DNA from: Candidatus Methanomethylophilaceae archaeon
GTDB taxonomy: Archaea > Thermoplasmatota > Thermoplasmata > Methanomassiliicoccales > Methanomethylophilaceae
Direction of reading: 5' to 3'
Length of the DNA: 64,000 bases
Assembly (NCBI GenBank): GCA_050950505.1
Contig: JBMNHS010000001.1
Span: forward strand, 320,001-384,000
In this document: piece after piece, positions 59,069-64,000 of the stretch
Position numbering within the stretch: the first letter of the stretch is position 1
Layout of the letters: the number at the start of each line of letters is the position of its first letter
Translations under genes and position numbers: made by a program
The notes under the pieces: model-generated
The model's input: the letters and a program-made list of their open reading frames with translations, nothing else
Told to the model about the DNA's origin: nothing
The model's database searches: none

Positions 59069-59635
59069 TCAGAGTTTTATCGGCATCATCGTATCTTCGT
59101 AAGATACGAGATTCTGCACTATGTTCGTGATGAGTTCGTCTCCGTTATCGGTGACGGTGACAATTTTGCGTTCAATTTTGTAAATTATGCCGTCTTCCTG
59201 ACCCACATACCGCGTTATGGTTTCGTTTCCGTCTTCCTGAATATATACGTTCACCGGAACAATACCGTAATTCGTAGTCAAGAAATCATCTATTTCATGA
59301 GACAGTTCCCCGATCTGAGGTTCTGAAAAAAACTTCCATTTCGCGGCAAGATCGTAATCTTTCTTCACGTCTCCGATTTTGTAATGGACGTCGCTGACCG
59401 TGGACACTCTTTCGATGCCGAATATGTACATGTGGGTGGTACTGACCGTTCCGGACAGGGGAACTATGTATTTCACGCCGTCCGAATCCTCATATGAGTA
59501 TTGGCCGGATACTTCGTAATCGTACACCGTGGCCTCGTAGTCGGTTGCGAGCACGAATCCCACGCCGACCAACAAAGCGAATATCACCAACACACTCAGC
59601 ATCATGAGCAATACGGTACTGGTCTTTCTCTCCAT
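59069..59635 (-). CDS. Hypothetical membrane-anchored protein
   Basis: N-terminal hydrophobic helix followed by a beta-rich domain. Confidence 0.75.
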   Translation of the reverse strand: MERKTSTVLLMMLSVLVIFALLVGVGFVLATDYEATVYDYEVSGQYSYEDSDGVKYIVPLSGTVSTTHMYIFGIERVSTVSDVHYKIGDVKKDYDLAAKWKFFSEPQIGELSHEIDDFLTTNYGIVPVNVYIQEDGNETITRYVGQEDGIIYKIERKIVTVTDNGDELITNIVQNLVSYEDTMMPIKL

Positions 59636-59695
59636 GAGCGCTTCCCATGTGAGGATAGCGGATATGTGGGTATATATCTAACGTCTGACGGACAA

Positions 59696-60379
59696 TCAGA
59701 TGAAGTCGCCCTTAACCGTGAATTCCCCCTCCTCCGATTCCGGTTCGGGTTCCACCAGTTCCACTTTTTTGTTTGCGCGGAACCCTTTGCATATAACGTA
59801 CACTTCGGAAGAGGTGTCACGGGTGGCGGCGGGGGTGTGGACCCTGACCGAAGAGAATCTTTCCTCGGTTTCCCTGCGAACCGTGTCGAACATATCGCCC
59901 ATGAAAACTTTCATGACCAGCCGTCCGCCTTTCCTGAGAATGCGGTCGCATACGTTTATCGCGTACATGGAAAGATGTACCGAACGCGCATGGTCCGTGG
60001 AATAATGACCGGCTATGTTCGGAGCCATGTCGGACAGGACAACATCGACTTTTTCACCGACCAGTTCCAACAGCTCCAACATCGTCGCGTCTTCGGTGAT
60101 GTCCCCCCTGATGGTTTCCACACCTTCGAGGGGCTTGATGCTTCTCAGATCCAAACCTATGACTTTGCCGGATTCGCCCACTCTTTCCTTGGCGACCTGC
60201 AACCAGCCTCCCGGGAACGCTCCCAAATCCGCAACGCGGTCGCCTTCTTTGAAAATGTTGAATCTGTCGTCTATCTGCAATAGTTTGTACGAAGCTCTGG
60301 AACGGTAACCTTCTTTCTTTGCTAGCCGGTAATACCGTTCCTGCCTTCTCTCCTGTACCCATCTATCGCGCAACGTCAT
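59696..60379 (-). CDS. rlmE: 23S rRNA 2'-O-methyltransferase RlmE/RrmJ
   Basis: YRSRASYKL, DLGAFPGGW, SDMAPN, KVF, SSEVY (K-D-K-E tetrad). Confidence 0.95.
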   Translation of the reverse strand: MTLRDRWVQERRQERYYRLAKKEGYRSRASYKLLQIDDRFNIFKEGDRVADLGAFPGGWLQVAKERVGESGKVIGLDLRSIKPLEGVETIRGDITEDATMLELLELVGEKVDVVLSDMAPNIAGHYSTDHARSVHLSMYAINVCDRILRKGGRLVMKVFMGDMFDTVRRETEERFSSVRVHTPAATRDTSSEVYVICKGFRANKKVELVEPEPESEEGEFTVKGDFI

Positions 60380-60459
60380 GGCCGACTCATTGTGTTAATC
60401 TTTAAACCCTTTTTCCTACGTGATAAATATAGGGATGGAGCTTTCAAGGAACGAGTGTC

Positions 60460-61476
60460 ATGAACGAATGGACTTACGAAAAAGCAGGAGTCAGCATCGA
60501 CCGCAAATCCGATGCCATCGAAGCTCTTGTGAGCGAATTGATATATCGCCGCGAAGGAAAAGGGCAAAATGTCAGAAAAACGGGATTGTTTGCCAGCCTC
60601 ATAGATTACGGCGATGAGTATCTTACATTGGCCACCGACGGAGTCGGCACCAAACTGATGGTCGCTCAGGCCATGGACAAGTGGGAAACCGTCGGCATCG
60701 ACTGTGTCGCCATGAACGTCAACGACACCATCTGCGTAAATTCGGAACCCATGTCCTTCGTGGATTACGTAGCGATCAAAGATCCCAACCCTAATGTTAC
60801 CCGGGCCATCGGAATCGGACTGAACAAAGGCGCCGAAATGTCCAACATGGACATCGTCGGAGGCGAAATTGCCGTACTTCCCGAAATCGTAAAAACCAAC
60901 GACCTGTCGGGAACCTGTCTCGGCCGCGTCAAGAAAGAAGATGTCATTACCGGTGAAAACTGTGAAGAAGGGGATTTGATCGTGGCTTTGAAATCTTCCG
61001 GGATACACTCCAACGGTCTGACCCTTGCCAGAAAAGTTTTCGAAAACGCGGGATTCGGACTCATGGACCGGGCTCCAGGACTCAAGGACACCGTGGGCGA
61101 GAGTCTGTTGGTTCCCACCGAGATATACGTGAAACAGGTTTTGGACATCACGTCCAAATTCAACGTTCACGGATTAATCAACATCACCGGGGGAGGTCTC
61201 CGAAATCTTCTCAGAATGAGAACGGGGCTTCATTACATCATTGACGATCCGATGCCCCCCTGCGACATATTCAACGTCATACAGAAACTCGGCAACGTAT
61301 CCATCGGTGAAATGTATCAAACCTTCAACATGGGAATGGGATTTCTGATCATCGCACCTTCCCTGGACGCCGAATCCATCGTAAGGGAATACGACAACGC
61401 CCAGGTCGTGGGAAGAGTCGAGAAGGGCACCGGGGTTCTGTACGAACCGGACAACATAGTCTACGAACGTTACTGA
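60460..61476 (+). CDS. purM: Phosphoribosylformylglycinamidine cyclo-ligase
   Basis: TYEKAGV, TDGVGTK, IDCVAMNVND, SSGIHSNG, ITGGG, TFNMGMG motifs. Confidence 0.97.
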   Translation: MNEWTYEKAGVSIDRKSDAIEALVSELIYRREGKGQNVRKTGLFASLIDYGDEYLTLATDGVGTKLMVAQAMDKWETVGIDCVAMNVNDTICVNSEPMSFVDYVAIKDPNPNVTRAIGIGLNKGAEMSNMDIVGGEIAVLPEIVKTNDLSGTCLGRVKKEDVITGENCEEGDLIVALKSSGIHSNGLTLARKVFENAGFGLMDRAPGLKDTVGESLLVPTEIYVKQVLDITSKFNVHGLINITGGGLRNLLRMRTGLHYIIDDPMPPCDIFNVIQKLGNVSIGEMYQTFNMGMGFLIIAPSLDAESIVREYDNAQVVGRVEKGTGVLYEPDNIVYERY

Positions 61477-62012
61477 TTCAGAAGCGCGTGGATTGCCCCC
61501 GACACCGCGCCTATCGCGGTGCAGGTTTCCAACGAATAGTTGCCGCCGGTCACGTCAAAAGTATGTTTGGGTATGGACGCCACGTTTTTGGGCACTCCGT
61601 GGGGTCCGATGCCGAACACCAGCAATATTCCCGAGCCGTTGTCGATTTCGTTTACAATCCAGGACAGATTCACACTTCTGGAACTGTCTTTGGAACTTGT
61701 GGTCAGTACGGGAACGCCCAATTGCGGAGGAAATCCTTTTGTGGGATACGGGAACGTGGAAAATCTTCCTTTCTCCGCCAAATCCACGAAATATTCCCCG
61801 CCTCCGCCTATGCTTGTGGTGGTTGCGATCCACTCGGCAATTTCCACCGGAGTTTTTATTTCCTCGGGAAGAGGGAATCCGAAAAGCGCAAGGTTCATGT
61901 CGAAAGCCATGGCAATTCCGCCGGTGCGGGCAATGACCCTTCTGTGAGGTTCCCTGAATTTTTTAGGGTCGTAAGAATTGTAGAGTCCTATCGTAATCCG
62001 TCCTTTTCCCAT
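61470..62012 (-). CDS. DUF531-family protein (SPOUT-like)
   Basis: TIGLYNSYD, GFPPQLG, GIGPHGVP, DVTG..SLETCTAIG motifs. Confidence 0.85.
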   Translation of the reverse strand: MGKGRITIGLYNSYDPKKFREPHRRVIARTGGIAMAFDMNLALFGFPLPEEIKTPVEIAEWIATTTSIGGGGEYFVDLAEKGRFSTFPYPTKGFPPQLGVPVLTTSSKDSSRSVNLSWIVNEIDNGSGILLVFGIGPHGVPKNVASIPKHTFDVTGGNYSLETCTAIGAVSGAIHALLNQ

Positions 62013-62093
62013 TCAGATGCCCCCGGGATTATTTTGAAATCCGGGAATTTGATGACATTGACGTATTCCGTCAGTCATGAAATATTGATAATG

Positions 62094-62169
62094 TGGTGCC
62101 ACGAGCCGGACTTGAACCAGCGACCTCATGATCTTCAGTCATGCACTCTCCCAACTGAGTTACCGTGGC
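62094..62169 (-). tRNA. tRNA-Phe(GAA), CCA encoded
   Basis: Reverse complement GCCACGG...CATGA-CTGAAGA-TCATG...TCGTGGCACCA. Confidence 0.97.
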
Positions 62170-62271
62170 TTAGGCCCCCTTATGCGAGGAGGTCTTATAA
62201 AGTTTACTGGGTGCGCGGAGCCGTTCCTTCTTCCGAATTTCCTTAAAAATCGGTGATGAAAATATATCGGA

Positions 62272-62300
62272 GCGACGGCCGCAGCACATGCGGCCGTCGC
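62272..62300. terminator. Perfect 12-bp GC hairpin downstream of gyrA
   Basis: GCGACGGCCGCA-GCACA-TGCGGCCGTCGC. Confidence 0.5.
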
Positions 62301-62350
62301 GGAAACGGGGCAACCGAGGTTAAAGCTGTCCCGTTTCCGACTCAAGGGGT

Positions 62351-64000
62351 TTAATCTTCTTCCTGTTCCTCTTCCCACTGATGGGGAACGTCCTCATCCT
62401 CTTCCGGGACGGGGATTTCCGGAACCGGAACTTTCTCGGTTTCGGGAATGTGTTCGACGACGTCCATGATGTCGTCGTCTTCGACCACGGATTCCACGGC
62501 GGTGACTTTGTCCCCGTCATGAAGTTCCATGATTTTCACTCCCTGGGTATTGCGGCTGGTCTGACGTATGCTTTCCACCGCGATTCTGAGAATTTTCCCT
62601 TCGACGCTGTTGAGCATCAGTTCTTCGCCCACGGCAACCTTTCTCACGGAAACCACACCGCCGTTCCTTTCGGTGGTGCGGATGGTTATGACTCCTTTTC
62701 CGCCTCTCTTGGTGAGACGGTATTCGTCCACCGACGTCACTTTTCCGAATCCGTTTTCAGTCACGGTCAGAAGAGTGTCTTCGGGTTTCACCACGGCCAT
62801 GGACACGGCGACGTCGCCTTTGTTGAGGGTGATTCCCTTCACGCCCATGGTATCCCTTCCGGAAGGACGCACGTCATCCTGGTTGAATCTGACCGCCAGA
62901 CCGTTGCGGGAGGCGATGATTATTTCGTCGCCTTCGGTGCATATGTCGGTCTCGATCAATTTTCTTCCGGGCAGAAGTTTGATGGCTTTTATGCCCACTC
63001 TGCGCACGTTTCCGTAAGCGCTCAGCCTTGTTTTCTTGACTATGCCGTCATCGGTGCAGAACACCAGGTACTTGTCGTCGGAGAATTCGGACACGCAGAT
63101 GGTGTTGACTATCGTTTCCCCCTCGTCCAAATCCTCAATCAGGTTCACGATGGGTTTGCCTCTGGAATGTCTGCTTCCCTCGGGAATTCTGTATCCCTTG
63201 AGCCAGTGGAGACGTCCCTGATCCGAAATGAACATGACGTAATCGTGGGAAGAGGAGATGAACATGTTGGAAACATGATCTTCGTCCTTGGTCTGCATTC
63301 CCATGAGACCCACGCCTCCGCGTCCCTGCTGTCTGTACGTGGACAGGGGTATGCGTTTGATGTAGTTGTCTTTGGTGATGGTTATCACAACATCCTCTTT
63401 GGGAATCAAATCCTCTTCATCGGTATCGATGTCGAAAGGACTTATTTCCGTGCGGCGCTCATCCCCGAACTCGTCGCGCAGCTGGGTCAGTTCATCCTTG
63501 ATGATTTGGAGAATGCGGGGTTCGTGGGCAAGAATGTCTTTCAGATCCGTCATGGTTTTGATCAGTTCGTCGTACTCCTCGCGGAGCGTCTCGATTTCCA
63601 GGCCGGTAAGCCTCTGAAGACGCATGTCCAGAATCGCCTTTGCCTGTTCCTGATCGATTTCCAGCAGTTCCTGAAGCCCTTCGTTGGCTTCCTCGCCGCT
63701 GGCGGAGGCGCGGATGAGCGCCAGGGTCTCGTCCAATCTTCCCAAAGCTTTGATCAGACCGTTCACGATGTGGAATCTCTTCTCGGCCACCCTGAGATCG
63801 TATTCGGTTCTGCGCCTTACCACTTCGTTCCGGTGTTCGGTGTAGTGGAAAATCATGTCCCGAAGGGTCAGGAGGGTGGGTTTATTGTTCACCAGAGCCA
63901 GATTGATTATCCCGAAGGTGGTCTGCAAATCCGTCCTCTTGAACAGATTTTCGAGAACCACGTTAACTATGGCGTCCCGGTGAAGTTCGATGACTATGCG
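62351..64000 (-). CDS. gyrA: DNA gyrase subunit A (5' part lies outside the window)
   Basis: LQTTFG, ILDMRLQRLTGLE, GyrA-box QGRGGVG, beta-pinwheel repeats, acidic tail. Confidence 0.97.
   Translation of the reverse strand, partial: RIVIELHRDAIVNVVLENLFKRTDLQTTFGIINLALVNNKPTLLTLRDMIFHYTEHRNEVVRRRTEYDLRVAEKRFHIVNGLIKALGRLDETLALIRASASGEEANEGLQELLEIDQEQAKAILDMRLQRLTGLEIETLREEYDELIKTMTDLKDILAHEPRILQIIKDELTQLRDEFGDERRTEISPFDIDTDEEDLIPKEDVVITITKDNYIKRIPLSTYRQQGRGGVGLMGMQTKDEDHVSNMFISSSHDYVMFISDQGRLHWLKGYRIPEGSRHSRGKPIVNLIEDLDEGETIVNTICVSEFSDDKYLVFCTDDGIVKKTRLSAYGNVRRVGIKAIKLLPGRKLIETDICTEGDEIIIASRNGLAVRFNQDDVRPSGRDTMGVKGITLNKGDVAVSMAVVKPEDTLLTVTENGFGKVTSVDEYRLTKRGGKGVITIRTTERNGGVVSVRKVAVGEELMLNSVEGKILRIAVESIRQTSRNTQGVKIMELHDGDKVTAVESVVEDDDIMDVVEHIPETEKVPVPEIPVPEEDEDVPHQWEEEQEED

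Noticed and set aside
1-64000. CRISPR arrays, rRNA genes, transposases, inteins and tRNA introns
   Set aside because: No regularly spaced repeats or such motifs were seen; RpoA1, RpoB, Cdc48, Lhr and the visible part of GyrA are of normal length

Overview
This is a 64 kb, mostly core-genome window from an archaeon, most likely Methanomassiliicoccales (Thermoplasmata). The assignment is inferred from the thermosome next to grpE-dnaK-dnaJ, gatDE, an unsplit rpoB with rpoH/A1/A2-rpl30e-nusA, gyrA, an HdrD-like CCG protein, hypB/hypE, aTrm56 next to an HD protein, and the absence of TAG stops. It holds about 57 CDSs and 8 intronless tRNAs. I found no CRISPR array, rRNA gene, integrase or transposase. 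The only accessory-looking stretch is about 8.0-11.7 kb, ending at the 3' end of tRNA-Arg(TCG). It contains a candidate ~175-nt rod-shaped ncRNA with its own TATA box, a Firmicutes-like apt, and a frameshifted DUF3800 gene with a divergent hairpin RNA candidate. Other points of interest are an HdrD-like protein fused through a coiled coil to a degenerate Vsr-like domain, a giant AglB-like protein lacking catalytic motifs, an Elp3 with an eroded acetyl-CoA site, and a thioredoxin reductase lacking NADPH motifs. All calls come from reading motifs by eye; no database searches were run.
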